A DNA stretch of 63,693 nt, filler included, from Craspedostauros australis (GCA_030167865.1; 13 parts of 13 records of this genome joined end to end with filler, not necessarily neighbours in it); one strand, 5' to 3'; positions 11,968-23,161 are shown, counted from the first letter of the whole stretch. Notes: a model not told the origin generated them from the letters alone. Translations and numbers: made by a program.

Positions 11968-12490
11968 GCTGAATTCATTGATCTCATGGAGGCTGAATTT
12001 CTGGCCAGATCAGAATTTGTGAGAACATCGACAGTTCGTTTCCCACCTGCGGAGCTTCAATGCGCCTTGCCCACAACTCGTTGTGGTCTTGATGTGGTCC
12101 ATCAGCTGCGGCTGCGGCTGCCATTGTGACCGTGCTTCAACGCCCATCATGCCAATAGCGCGTACACACACATACACGCGTCTGTGCAGAGCGGTGCAGC
12201 ACAAGCCAGACACCCATCACAAGAAGAAATTGAATCAGCAAATCCGTGTCCACTGTTCTCATTCCCCCTGTCTTCAACGCTCCGTCATGGTGGGACATTG
12301 TTGGAACATGACGAATATTCAGATTCGTGTATGACCCGGTAGGGGTCACAGTTGCGCAAATGACTGCTCACACATATTTNNNNNNNNNNNNNNNNNNNNN
12401 NNNNNNNNNNNNNNNNNNNNNNNTTAATTAATTAANNNNNNNNNNNNNNNNNNNNNNNNNNNNNNNNNNNNNNNNNNNNCATCATCATCA

Positions 12491-14416
12491 TCACGTCGCA
12501 AATGTTTTGCTACGTTTTTGAAAGAACGAGCTGGAGACGGATCGTTTTTGCGATGTTGGTGGCGGGATTGCTTCAGCTTCCGTTCCATCTCCAGATACAG
12601 ATGCAGTCCCATCGTCTTTTGCGGTACAAGAAGCAGCATTCGATTTTCCACTGTCGCTACTGCTGCCGGATGACCCCTGACGTTCATTCCAATTTGTAAA
12701 TCCTTGTGTATCATCGGAGATGTTTTGGGAGAGCAGGAAGGCACCCAGCGCTCCGAAGTACCCTTCGTGCTCCAAGAACAAGGCCTCCATCTCACCCTTG
12801 CTCCAGTAGGAGATGGCGTAGCTGAGTCGTTTCTGCGACAGCTTGTTGCGTCTCAGAAAGTTGCCGACGAAATAGATGCGGGGTGTTTTGTGGAGTTTGG
12901 CGTTGAGGTAGGCGACCTGGCCAATGTTGTTGGTGACCATAAGGAGGAGGGCGCGGGCCAGATCCTCCTGAGTCAGCCCTTCGGCCGGATCTTCCTTGGC
13001 CACCAGCTTGCCGAAGGACGAGGCGACGACGTGCGAAGGCAGCCCCAGCTTCTCCAGGGCGTCGCTGTTGTTGCCGTAAATGTCGCCGACCATCATGTCG
13101 ACCTTGGTGGGGTCACCGCGGTATGCGAGCTTCAGGACATCCTCGAAGTCTTCCACATCCGTGAGCAGCCGGATCAGCCCCCAGTACGTTCCGCCGCCGA
13201 TGGTGGAACCGGAGATACGCTCGTGCTTGCGCGGTCCATCCACACGCAGGATGGACACTCCTGTTCCGATCGTGACGATGAGGTAAGGATACGTGGAGGA
13301 GTACGAGATGGCGTCTCTCTGCACCTTNCGAGACCACCACCAATCATCTCCGCCGTCCGCCTTGTTCTGCATGATGGGGGTTTCATCAGCAGATGAGTCA
13401 TCATTGCTGCCATCGTCGTCGTCGTCGTCGTCGTCGTTGTCGCTGAGATCATTTTCATTTTGGTTGGCTGTATTATTGAGTGGATCAGTCGTCGTGTCGT
13501 TGGTTGCTTCTGAAGAGTGCTGTTGCTGTTGTTGTTGCTGCTGATGTGGCTCGGACTGTTGACTATGAGATGCTGACAAGCCAGCATCGCTTTCTTGGAA
13601 TGTCATTCGGCTTACCGACGTTCGTAGGTCTGCACTTTCGACTGTGGTCGGAAGATCCGTTTTCTCCTCTAAGTCGTTGCCGTTCTTTGGCGATGATGAT
13701 GGCGACTTGATCCCACCACACTGCTGCTGCTGCTGCTGGCGTCGTTGCCGCTTCTTGCTCTTGTCGGGACGGAACGTATAACATTCACCCACCACCGTGC
13801 TGAGGACAAACTGCATGCCAGCCACGAGACAATCCAACTCCTCCTGCTTGTCCATCTCGATGCCCAGGAACTCGTCCCATTCGTTGGCGAATTTGTGCGC
13901 TCCACCGCCCGTGGCCCCCATGGTCTTGATGTTGAGATGGAGGTTGTTGGCGCGGATGAGGTCGATGGCGTTGGACATGCGGCGCGTCTCGAAGCGAATG
14001 AAATGGAATTCTCCGCCGAGCTGTCGCGAATAGAAGGAGAGCTGATGGTCCTTGACGCCCTCGCGGTAGCTGTCCAGACGTCTGGCGAAGTGGTAAAAGC
14101 GATCCAAGGCTTCTTCACGGTTGCGCAGTTGGTTGCTGTGGAGGGATAGATCGACCATGGAACGAGATTTCTTGAGTCCGCTTCCCGTTTCATTCTCCGT
14201 TGGTTTCGTCGGAGTTCCTCGCCGAGGTTCTGCAATGTTGTGATGGTTTTGAATACCTTTGATGTCGTTGTCCCTGTCGTTGCCATCATCGTCGTTGTCG
14301 TTGTCTATATCCCACGATGGATCGTTGATGGAATCCGCGAAGTGGTTGAGGTCATCGGGGACAGACTCTTGCCGCAGCTGATACAGCGGGCGCAAATCAT
14401 CATCCGAAGCTTGGGA
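12491..14416 (-). CDS. PANK: Type II pantothenate kinase (Fumble family), 5'-partial, allele A
   Basis: Motifs FHFIRFET, ATGGGAHKF, ELDCLVAG, YPYLIVTIGTGVSIL, GSTIGGGTYWGL, VDMMVGDIYG, ASSFGK, NNIGQVAYL, FVGNFLR and FLEHEGYFGALGA; frame open to the contig edge. Confidence 0.96.
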   Translation of the reverse strand, partial: SQASDDDLRPLYQLRQESVPDDLNHFADSINDPSWDIDNDNDDDGNDRDNDIKGIQNHHNIAEPRRGTPTKPTENETGSGLKKSRSMVDLSLHSNQLRNREEALDRFYHFARRLDSYREGVKDHQLSFYSRQLGGEFHFIRFETRRMSNAIDLIRANNLHLNIKTMGATGGGAHKFANEWDEFLGIEMDKQEELDCLVAGMQFVLSTVVGECYTFRPDKSKKRQRRQQQQQQCGGIKSPSSSPKNGNDLEEKTDLPTTVESADLRTSVSRMTFQESDAGLSASHSQQSEPHQQQQQQQQHSSEATNDTTTDPLNNTANQNENDLSDNDDDDDDDDGSNDDSSADETPIMQNKADGGDDWWWSXKVQRDAISYSSTYPYLIVTIGTGVSILRVDGPRKHERISGSTIGGGTYWGLIRLLTDVEDFEDVLKLAYRGDPTKVDMMVGDIYGNNSDALEKLGLPSHVVASSFGKLVAKEDPAEGLTQEDLARALLLMVTNNIGQVAYLNAKLHKTPRIYFVGNFLRRNKLSQKRLSYAISYWSKGEMEALFLEHEGYFGALGAFLLSQNISDDTQGFTNWNERQGSSGSSSDSGKSNAASCTAKDDGTASVSGDGTEAEAIPPPTSQKRSVSSSFFQKRSKTFAT

Positions 14417-14527
14417 NNNNNNNNNNNNNNNNNNNNNNNNNNNNNNNNNNNNNNNNNNNNTTAATTAATTAANNNNNNNNNNNNNNNNNNNNNNNNNNNN
14501 NNNNNNNNNNNNNNNNCATCATCATCA

Positions 14528-16450
14528 TCACGTCGCAAATGTTTTGCTACGTTTTTGAAAGAACGAGCTGGAGACGGATCGTTTTTGCGATGTTGGTGGC
14601 GGGATTGCTTCAGCTTCCGTTCCATCTCCAGATACAGATGCAGTCCCATCGTCTTTTGCGGTACAAGAAGCAGCATTCGATTTTCCACTGTCGCTACTGC
14701 TGCCGGATGACCCCTGACGTTCATTCCAATTTGTAAATCCTTGTGTATCATCGGAGATGTTTTGGGAGAGCAGGAAGGCACCCAGCGCTCCGAAGTACCC
14801 TTCGTGCTCCAAGAACAAGGCCTCCATCTCACCCTTGCTCCAGTAGGAGATGGCGTAGCTGAGTCGTTTCTGCGACAGCTTGTTGCGTCTCAGAAAGTTG
14901 CCGACGAAATAGATGCGGGGTGTTTTGTGGAGTTTGGCGTTGAGGTAGGCGACCTGGCCAATGTTGTTGGTGACCATAAGGAGGAGGGCGCGGGCCAGAT
15001 CCTCCTGAGTCAGCCCTTCGGCCGGATCTTCCTTGGCCACCAGCTTGCCGAAGGACGAGGCGACGACGTGCGAAGGCAGCCCCAGCTTCTCCAGGGCGTC
15101 GCTGTTGTTGCCGTAAATGTCGCCGACCATCATGTCGACCTTGGTGGGGTCACCGCGGTATGCGAGCTTCAGGACATCCTCGAAGTCTTCCACATCCGTG
15201 AGCAGCCGGATCAGCCCCCAGTACGTTCCGCCGCCGATGGTGGAACCGGAGATACGCTCGTGCTTGCGCGGTCCATCCACACGCAGGATGGACACTCCTG
15301 TTCCGATCGTGACGATGAGGTAAGGATACGTGGAGGAGTACGAGATGGCGTCTCTCTGCACCTTGCGAGACCACCACCAATCATCTCCGCCGTCCGCCTT
15401 GTTCTGCATGATGGGGGTTTCATCAGCAGATGAGTCATCATTGATGTCATCATCATCGTCGTCGTCGTCGCTGAGGTCATTTTCATTTTGGTTGGCTGTA
15501 TTATTGAGTGGATCAGTCATCGTGTCGTTGGTTGCTTCTGAAGAGTGATGTTGCTGTTGCTGCTGTTGTTGATGTCGCTCGGACTGTTGACTATGAGATG
15601 CTGACAAGCCAGCATCGCTTTCTTGGAATGTCATTCGGCTTACCGACGTTCGAAGGTCTGCACTTTCGACTGTGGTCGGAAGATCCGTTTCCTCCTGTAA
15701 TTCGTTGCCGTTCTTTGGCGACGATGATGGCGACTTGATCTCACATTGCTGCTGCTGTTGCTGCTGCTGCTGGCGTCGTTGCCGCTTCTTGCTCTTGTCG
15801 GGACGGAACGTATAACATTCACCCACCACCGTGCTGAGGACAAACTGCATGCCAGCCACGAGACAATCCAACTCCTCCTGCTTGTCCATCTCGATGCCCA
15901 GGAACTCGTCCCATTCGTTGGCGAATTTGTGCGCTCCACCGCCCGTGGCCCCCATGGTCTTGATGTTGAGATGGAGGTTGTTGGCGCGGATGAGGTCGAT
16001 GGCGTTGGACATGCGGCGCGTCTCGAAGCGAATGAAATGGAATTCTCCGCCGAGCTGTCGCGAATAGAAGGAGAGCTGATGGTCCTTGACGCCCTCGCGG
16101 TAGCTGTCCAGACGTCTGGCGAAGTGGTAAAAGCGATCCAAGGCTTCTTCACGGTTGCGCAGTTGGTTGCTGTGGAGGGATAGATCGACCATGGAACGAG
16201 ATTTCTTGAGTCCGCTTCCCGTTTCATTCTCCGTTGGTTTCGTCGGAGTTCCTCGCCGAGGTTCTGCAATGTTGTGATGGTTTTGAATACCTTTGATGTC
16301 GTTGTCCCTGTCGTTGCCATCATCGTCGTTGTCGTTGTCTATATCCCACGATGGATCGTTGATGGAATCCGCGAAGTGGTTGAGGTCATCGGGGACAGAC
16401 TCTTGCCGCAGCTGATACAGCGGGCGCAAATCATCATCCGAAGCTTGGGA
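14528..16450 (-). CDS. PANK: Type II pantothenate kinase, 5'-partial, allele B
   Basis: Same motifs; differs from allele A only in the low-complexity insert. Confidence 0.96.
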   Translation of the reverse strand, partial: SQASDDDLRPLYQLRQESVPDDLNHFADSINDPSWDIDNDNDDDGNDRDNDIKGIQNHHNIAEPRRGTPTKPTENETGSGLKKSRSMVDLSLHSNQLRNREEALDRFYHFARRLDSYREGVKDHQLSFYSRQLGGEFHFIRFETRRMSNAIDLIRANNLHLNIKTMGATGGGAHKFANEWDEFLGIEMDKQEELDCLVAGMQFVLSTVVGECYTFRPDKSKKRQRRQQQQQQQQQCEIKSPSSSPKNGNELQEETDLPTTVESADLRTSVSRMTFQESDAGLSASHSQQSERHQQQQQQQHHSSEATNDTMTDPLNNTANQNENDLSDDDDDDDDINDDSSADETPIMQNKADGGDDWWWSRKVQRDAISYSSTYPYLIVTIGTGVSILRVDGPRKHERISGSTIGGGTYWGLIRLLTDVEDFEDVLKLAYRGDPTKVDMMVGDIYGNNSDALEKLGLPSHVVASSFGKLVAKEDPAEGLTQEDLARALLLMVTNNIGQVAYLNAKLHKTPRIYFVGNFLRRNKLSQKRLSYAISYWSKGEMEALFLEHEGYFGALGAFLLSQNISDDTQGFTNWNERQGSSGSSSDSGKSNAASCTAKDDGTASVSGDGTEAEAIPPPTSQKRSVSSSFFQKRSKTFAT

Positions 16451-16550
16451 NNNNNNNNNNNNNNNNNNNNNNNNNNNNNNNNNNNNNNNNNNNNTTAATT
16501 AATTAANNNNNNNNNNNNNNNNNNNNNNNNNNNNNNNNNNNNNNNNNNNN

Positions 16551-17387
16551 AAGGTGCAGAGAGACGCCATCTCGTACTCCTCCACGTATCCTTACCTCAT
16601 CGTCACGATCGGAACAGGAGTGTCCATCCTGCGTGTGGATGGACCGCGCAAGCACGAGCGTATCTCCGGTTCCACCATCGGCGGCGGAACGTACTGGGGG
16701 CTGATCCGGCTGCTCACGGATGTGGAAGACTTCGAGGATGTCCTGAAGCTCGCATACCGCGGTGACCCCACCAAGGTCGACATGATGGTCGGCGACATTT
16801 ACGGCAACAACAGCGACGCCCTGGAGAAGCTGGGGCTGCCTTCGCACGTCGTCGCCTCGTCCTTCGGCAAGCTGGTGGCCAAGGAAGATCCGGCCGAAGG
16901 GCTGACTCAGGAGGATCTGGCCCGCGCCCTCCTCCTTATGGTCACCAACAACATTGGCCAGGTCGCCTACCTCAACGCCAAACTCCACAAAACACCCCGC
17001 ATCTATTTCGTCGGCAACTTTCTGAGACGCAACAAGCTGTCGCAGAAACGACTCAGCTACGCCATCTCCTACTGGAGCAAGGGTGAGATGGAGGCCTTGT
17101 TCTTGGAGCACGAAGGGTACTTCGGAGCGCTGGGTGCCTTCCTGCTCTCCCAAAACATCTCCGATGATACACAAGGATTTACAAATTGGAATGAACGTCA
17201 GGGGTCATCCGGCAGCAGTAGCGACAGTGGAAAATCGAATGCTGCTTCTTGTACCGCAAAAGACGATGGGACTGCATCTGTATCTGGAGATGGAACGGAA
17301 GCTGAAGCAATCCCGCCACCAACATCGCAAAAACGATCCGTCTCCAGCTCGTTCTTTCAAAAACGTAGCAAAACATTTGCGACGTGA
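16551..17387 (+). CDS. PANK: Pantothenate kinase 3' half (overlapping contig)
   Basis: Reverse complement of 12491-13327; same translation. Confidence 0.95.
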   Translation, partial: KVQRDAISYSSTYPYLIVTIGTGVSILRVDGPRKHERISGSTIGGGTYWGLIRLLTDVEDFEDVLKLAYRGDPTKVDMMVGDIYGNNSDALEKLGLPSHVVASSFGKLVAKEDPAEGLTQEDLARALLLMVTNNIGQVAYLNAKLHKTPRIYFVGNFLRRNKLSQKRLSYAISYWSKGEMEALFLEHEGYFGALGAFLLSQNISDDTQGFTNWNERQGSSGSSSDSGKSNAASCTAKDDGTASVSGDGTEAEAIPPPTSQKRSVSSSFFQKRSKTFAT

Positions 17388-17623
17388 TGATGATGATGCG
17401 ATGATTATGACAATTATGACTTCGGCTACAATGATGAGGATGCAAGGAGAGAGTACCGCGCGGCGATTCGAATCTCAGAAACCGAACAGTGCTTGATAAA
17501 GTTGAGCAGTATCATTAACTATAGCGAGAGTAGTCGAGTGGAGTGGCAGAGGAGCAGAGTAGTAGAATAGTTTGGTTTGATTTGCCATTTCTTGTCTCAG
17601 ATTNTNGCTTCGGTGCTACGATC

Positions 17624-17869
17624 TCAGCTCGGCTTGCTGCGCTTTGCCGGACGCACCAGCACCCCGTCCAACAACTCGACGATGCCATTGTGGCCCTTCT
17701 CCTTCGCGATTTCCCGCGCGGTTTGACCGCTTGTGTTCTTTACGCTGAGATCAAATTTCACAGCATGTCTGGGATCGATCAGTAACTCCATGCATCTCCT
17801 TCCATTCTGCCTACTCGCCAAGTGCAAGGGTGTATCGCCGTCCTGATTTTGAATCGTAGCATCTGCTCC
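17624..17869 (-). CDS. 3' end of the ankyrin-repeat gene, alternative allele
   Basis: Matches ~19043-19289 with SNPs and a 1-bp indel; GDTPLHLA motif. Confidence 0.88.
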   Translation of the reverse strand, partial: GADATIQNQDGDTPLHLASRQNGRRCMELLIDPRHAVKFDLSVKNTSGQTAREIAKEKGHNGIVELLDGVLVRPAKRSKPS

Positions 17870-17969
17870 NNNNNNNNNNNNNNNNNNNNNNNNNNNNNNN
17901 NNNNNNNNNNNNNTTAATTAATTAANNNNNNNNNNNNNNNNNNNNNNNNNNNNNNNNNNNNNNNNNNNN

Positions 17970-18806
17970 AAGGTGCAGAGAGACGCCATCTCGTACTCCT
18001 CCACGTATCCTTACCTCATCGTCACGATCGGAACAGGAGTGTCCATCCTGCGTGTGGATGGACCGCGCAAGCACGAGCGTATCTCCGGTTCCACCATCGG
18101 CGGCGGAACGTACTGGGGGCTGATCCGGCTGCTCACGGATGTGGAAGACTTCGAGGATGTCCTGAAGCTCGCATACCGCGGTGACCCCACCAAGGTCGAC
18201 ATGATGGTCGGCGACATTTACGGCAACAACAGCGACGCCCTGGAGAAGCTGGGGCTGCCTTCGCACGTCGTCGCCTCGTCCTTCGGCAAGCTGGTGGCCA
18301 AGGAAGATCCGGCCGAAGGGCTGACTCAGGAGGATCTGGCCCGCGCCCTCCTCCTTATGGTCACCAACAACATTGGCCAGGTCGCCTACCTCAACGCCAA
18401 ACTCCACAAAACACCCCGCATCTATTTCGTCGGCAACTTTCTGAGACGCAACAAGCTGTCGCAGAAACGACTCAGCTACGCCATCTCCTACTGGAGCAAG
18501 GGTGAGATGGAGGCCTTGTTCTTGGAGCACGAAGGGTACTTCGGAGCGCTGGGTGCCTTCCTGCTCTCCCAAAACATCTCCGATGATACACAAGGATTTA
18601 CAAATTGGAATGAACGTCAGGGGTCATCCGGCAGCAGTAGCGACAGTGGAAAATCGAATGCTGCTTCTTGTACCGCAAAAGACGATGGGACTGCATCTGT
18701 ATCTGGAGATGGAACGGAAGCTGAAGCAATCCCGCCACCAACATCGCAAAAACGATCCGTCTCCAGCTCGTTCTTTCAAAAACGTAGCAAAACATTTGCG
18801 ACGTGA
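17970..18806 (+). CDS. PANK: Pantothenate kinase 3' half (overlapping contig, other haplotype)
   Basis: Translation identical to 16551-17387. Confidence 0.95.
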   Translation, partial: KVQRDAISYSSTYPYLIVTIGTGVSILRVDGPRKHERISGSTIGGGTYWGLIRLLTDVEDFEDVLKLAYRGDPTKVDMMVGDIYGNNSDALEKLGLPSHVVASSFGKLVAKEDPAEGLTQEDLARALLLMVTNNIGQVAYLNAKLHKTPRIYFVGNFLRRNKLSQKRLSYAISYWSKGEMEALFLEHEGYFGALGAFLLSQNISDDTQGFTNWNERQGSSGSSSDSGKSNAASCTAKDDGTASVSGDGTEAEAIPPPTSQKRSVSSSFFQKRSKTFAT

Positions 18807-19034
18807 TGATGATGATGCGATGATTATGACAATTATGACTTCGGCTACAATGATGAGGATGCAAGGAGAGAGTACCGCGCGGCGATTCGAATTGCAGAAA
18901 CCGAACAGTGCTTGATAAAGTTGAGCAGTATCATTGACTATAGCGAGAGTAGTCGAGTGGAGTGGCAGAGGAGCAGAGTAGTAGAATAGTTTGGTTTGAT
19001 TTGCCATTTCTTGTCTCAGATTGTCGCTTCGGTG

Positions 19035-20866
19035 CTATGATCTCAGCTCGGCTTGCTGCGCTTTGCCGGACGCACCAGCACCCCCGTCCAACAACTCGAC
19101 GATGCCATTGTGGCCCTTCTCCTTCGCGATTTCCCGCGCGGTTTGACCGCTTGTGTTCTTTACACTGAGATCAAATTTCACAGCATGTCTGGGATCGATC
19201 AGTACCTCCATGCATCTCCTTCCATTCTGCCTACTCGCCAAGTGCAAGGGTGTATCGCCGTCCTGATTTTGAATCGTAGCATCTGCTCCTTCGCCCGGTC
19301 CAGTCAACCGCTGCAGGATTCCGTCAAGGCCGTGCTCGCATGCGTTGTGCAGTGGGGTGTTGCCAGCCTTGTTCTGGATGTTTGCCAATGGCTGAGCCAT
19401 TGTGATCAAGCGGTCCATCACATCTCCTCTTTGGATGATGCAAGCCTGATCCAGATTGTGATTGGGCACGATCTCGGTTTTGATTAAGTCGTAGAGTCTT
19501 GTGAGCTCCATCTTTGGGGTGCCGCAAACATGCTCGTGGTTTGTGCAAGCACGATGGAATGGGGTATCGCCATCCTTGTTTTGAATTCTGCAATTGAATC
19601 TGCCATTGTACTTGTAGCAGAGCAGCACAGTGAAAAGCTCCCTGCGCCCATTTTCGAATGCGAAATGGAGGGGCGTGTTGCCATCGTTGTTCGTTGCGTT
19701 GACATCCACTTTCATGTTGCTGGAGCAGAGAATTGCGTACGTGACCCTATCCGCATACACCGCACACGCACATGCGAGGTGGAGTGGTGTGTCACCGTTC
19801 TTGTTTCGAATGTTGCCATCAATATCACCTGGGCTGGATTCGTCCAACCATTTGAGCCACTCTTCCCTGCCACGCTGTGCTGCGATATGAAGCGCCGTGT
19901 TGCCGTCGTTGTTTTGAAGAGTGAGGTTGATGTTGCCAACTGCATTGTCAAGCATGCGTTTGCTGACTCCTGCATCATATTCCATGAGCGCAAGATGAAG
20001 CGGGGTGTTGCCGTCATCATTCTGCAAGTTGATGATAGCCTTGGCTTTGTCTGACGCGATTAGGTACTCCAGGACATCATTGTCGTATTGAGTGCACGCA
20101 ACGTGGAGTGGTGTGTTGCCGTTCTCGTCTCTGGTATGGATACTGGTATTCACGCGCTTCGATTCAATTAAGTACCTCACGACATGCACGTTCATATCTT
20201 TGCAAGCAGTGTGGAGTGGAGTATTGCCTTCCTCATCATAGCTCTCCAGATAGACTTGGACTTCCTGTGATTCGACGAGGTAGCGGACGAGAGGGACGCT
20301 GCCAGACGCGCAAGCACAGTGGAGCGGTGTCTCCCCGGCCTTGTTATGGATTTTGAGTGCGTCATTGACTTGCTTCAAACTGAGTACCACCAAGCCTCTC
20401 AACAGCGCAACCGATCCATTTTCGCACGCGTAATGGATGGGCGTGTTGCCTCTGCTGTCTGATGCACTGACGTCAATGGCGGTCGGGTCCGATTGGGCCA
20501 GATACAGAGCCACATCTTGATTCCGATTCTGACAGGCAAGATGAAGCAGCGTTTGGTTGGACTTGTTGGTTCTTTTGAAGTCCACCTCCGCTTTGCCTGA
20601 TTTCACCATGGATTCGATGAACTCTCTTGACGCAATCTTGCAGGCCAGATGGAACGGCGAGTCGCCATCCTCATCCAAGATGTTGAGATTGAGATTGATG
20701 TCCTCGTTCAACTGATCCGCTCGGAACAGACGATTCATCACCTCCCAATCTTCGTACCAGCACACAGGATGGAATGGCGTTCGACCGTGGTTGTCTTGGA
20801 TGTTGACGTCAAGACTTGAATGGTAGAGTTTGATGACGTAGTCCACCGTGTCGGGACGAAAACGTT
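19035..20866 (-). CDS. Ankyrin-repeat protein, 5'-partial, convergent with PanK
   Basis: Roughly 15 repeats of G(N/D/E)TPLH.AC spaced about 33-38 aa apart over 603 aa. Confidence 0.95.
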
Positions 20867-21363
20867 NNNNNNNNNNNNNNNNNNNNNNNNNNNNNNNNNN
20901 NNNNNNNNNNTTAATTAATTAANNNNNNNNNNNNNNNNNNNNNNNNNNNNNNNNNNNNNNNNNNNNTTCGATACATGTCGGGAGGGCGTTTGGCGGCCTT
21001 TCATGTTTTCGGTTCGGACTTGTTTGTTTGTTTCTTTGTTTGTGTTGATGAACGTGGAGATGAGGACATCGACCCATGACAGTTTCGCACCGAGCACAGC
21101 GCCATTGTTGCGCTGGTAGGCAGTCCCTTGCCTCCCTGTCGCTGAGGTCCCCAGCCAACGAAACCTATCTACAACACCATAGTACTCGTTTGCGCGAGCT
21201 AGCCTACTCTACACCGATTTCATAAACTTCTCATTTATTCACTGATGTGGACATGTACCTATGTGGTATTCATGAGTGACCAAGGCTGCACTCCACAGGC
21301 GTTCTTCCCGCGCAGCATGGCCATCATCATCATCATCATGCTGTCAATCCCAATTCAGGAGCC

Positions 21364-22320
21364 CTACTGACTCATGATCGAGTTGTTCTGCTTCTCGATT
21401 GCTGTTTGAAGATCCTCGATGGATACGGCCTTGGCGTTGTCGGATGTTGGCAGGCACAGCTGGTTGGTGTTAATCGCAAGCACGAGCTTCTCGAGCTGCT
21501 TTGAGAATGAGATCTTGCACGAGACACAACCATCGCCACCTTCGCATGTCTTCACCGTCGACATTGGCGATGGCACGGCCTCTGGTTCTTCTTTCTTCTC
21601 GTCCACCTTTTCAACGGTGACAGCACCGACCTTGGGTGTAGACGACGGTTCCACCTCGCACGGCTTTGGAACGATCTTGCCCTGCTGGATGAAGGTTCGA
21701 ACGTCCAACGTGACGCGTCCATGATCGAGAGTCTTTGGCAAGCCCAAACGAAAGACGGATTCTTGACCGGGCGCTTCCGCCACGCTGACTTCCATGGTAT
21801 GAAGTCCGCGTTGCAGAAGGTACTTATGGTCCATGTCGGCCAAGAGCTCGCTCCAAAGATAGATGGATAGTTCTTCGGTCGTGGCATGAACGATCGGCAA
21901 CATGGCGCAATCGGCCTTGGGGAAGAGGAACTTGGCACCATCTTCGCACTCTAGCGAGACGGTGGCATGCCCGCCATCAACTCCTTCATCCACGTTGACT
22001 TTCATGACGTCAGAGTACATGGGGCAGAGAAAATTCTCGTTCAATCTCTTGCAGATGCGCTTGACGGATTGCTTGACATCGCCGAAATCGATCAAATATC
22101 CGTCATGGGAGATATTCCGTGCTCCCAGGAGTCGCACGGAGACGGCGTAGTTGTGACCGTGCAAGGCCTCGCGGAATCCCCTGAAGGCAACGAAGTGGGC
22201 AGCGTTGAACTTGAATGCCTGCTTGCAGACAAACACCTCGAAGTTGGTGGTAACTGATCCTGTGCTGGGGAATGCGGTGACCTCGCCGAGGCTTGTATTG
22301 CTTGCGTCGATAGATGTCAT
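21364..22320 (-). CDS. 6-pyruvoyl-tetrahydropterin synthase family protein, PTPS-III (Glu) type, with C-terminal extension
   Basis: F.AAHF, REALHGHNY, IDFGDVK and ATTEELS motifs of the PTPS/QueD T-fold family; ExxHGH signature. Confidence 0.93.
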   Translation of the reverse strand: MTSIDASNTSLGEVTAFPSTGSVTTNFEVFVCKQAFKFNAAHFVAFRGFREALHGHNYAVSVRLLGARNISHDGYLIDFGDVKQSVKRICKRLNENFLCPMYSDVMKVNVDEGVDGGHATVSLECEDGAKFLFPKADCAMLPIVHATTEELSIYLWSELLADMDHKYLLQRGLHTMEVSVAEAPGQESVFRLGLPKTLDHGRVTLDVRTFIQQGKIVPKPCEVEPSSTPKVGAVTVEKVDEKKEEPEAVPSPMSTVKTCEGGDGCVSCKISFSKQLEKLVLAINTNQLCLPTSDNAKAVSIEDLQTAIEKQNNSIMSQ

Positions 22321-23161
22321 GATTTGCGTTCAATCTGATGTTGTTGTGTTGTGAGTTGTTGTTGTGCTTGGAATTGCTTTTTTATGTGATTGAGATGAGC
22401 GCCCGAAAGTTGCGCAAGGTCGAAGTATGGTGGATGGCCCGCAGGTTAGCGTTTGCATCTGTTGAGCTTTTCCCATAAAACAGACGCACTGTGCACTTTG
22501 TCGACGGGTGCGTACGACTGATCGTCTCTCTTCCTGTGAGAACATTGTATGATGGCGGCTGGTCACCATGTGCCATCTTCGTCCCCATTTGTTTTCATTG
22601 TCTCGTCTTGTGATCAGTGCATGGCGTCGATCCGCGTGTCCCTTCCTATCTGTATGACTACTTGTCTTGTGTTGGTTGTACCACTCGCGGAGTCATTGTT
22701 GTTCTTTGATCGTTCACTGGTCGACGCAACGGGGCCCAAATGGTCATCACAAAACTGCAAAACCGAATTTCATTGTGGCTCTTTTCGGTCTGTGCGTAGT
22801 CGGTCGATTGGATGAGAAAACAAGGCGCGGATTGGTGTACAGGCCAAACAGGTGCCACAAAGTGGTGGAAGAATATCTCTAGATCTACAACAGTAGAATG
22901 CTCTCGACCGTTGGAGCAATCCAGAGCAGAATAATCCAGAGCAGAGGAGAATATTCCGGAGATTGTTCTACTCTGCGCACTTCAGACTGTTGGCTTGGCA
23001 CTTTACAGCATCTTAGCTGTAGAACGATGCTGCAGAGTGCACCATCACGACACTCCAAGACATATCGATGTCTACGAATCTTTACGACAGGCCTCTGTTT
23101 CTTCTTCATGCTCGTGCACCTGCCGCCACCGATACTGCTGCTGCTACTGCAGTGGTGGCCC

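Noticed and set aside
12491..18806. Tandem or inverted PanK gene amplification
   Set aside because: The copies are on separate contigs with matching overlap boundaries; they are best explained as two alleles of one locus.
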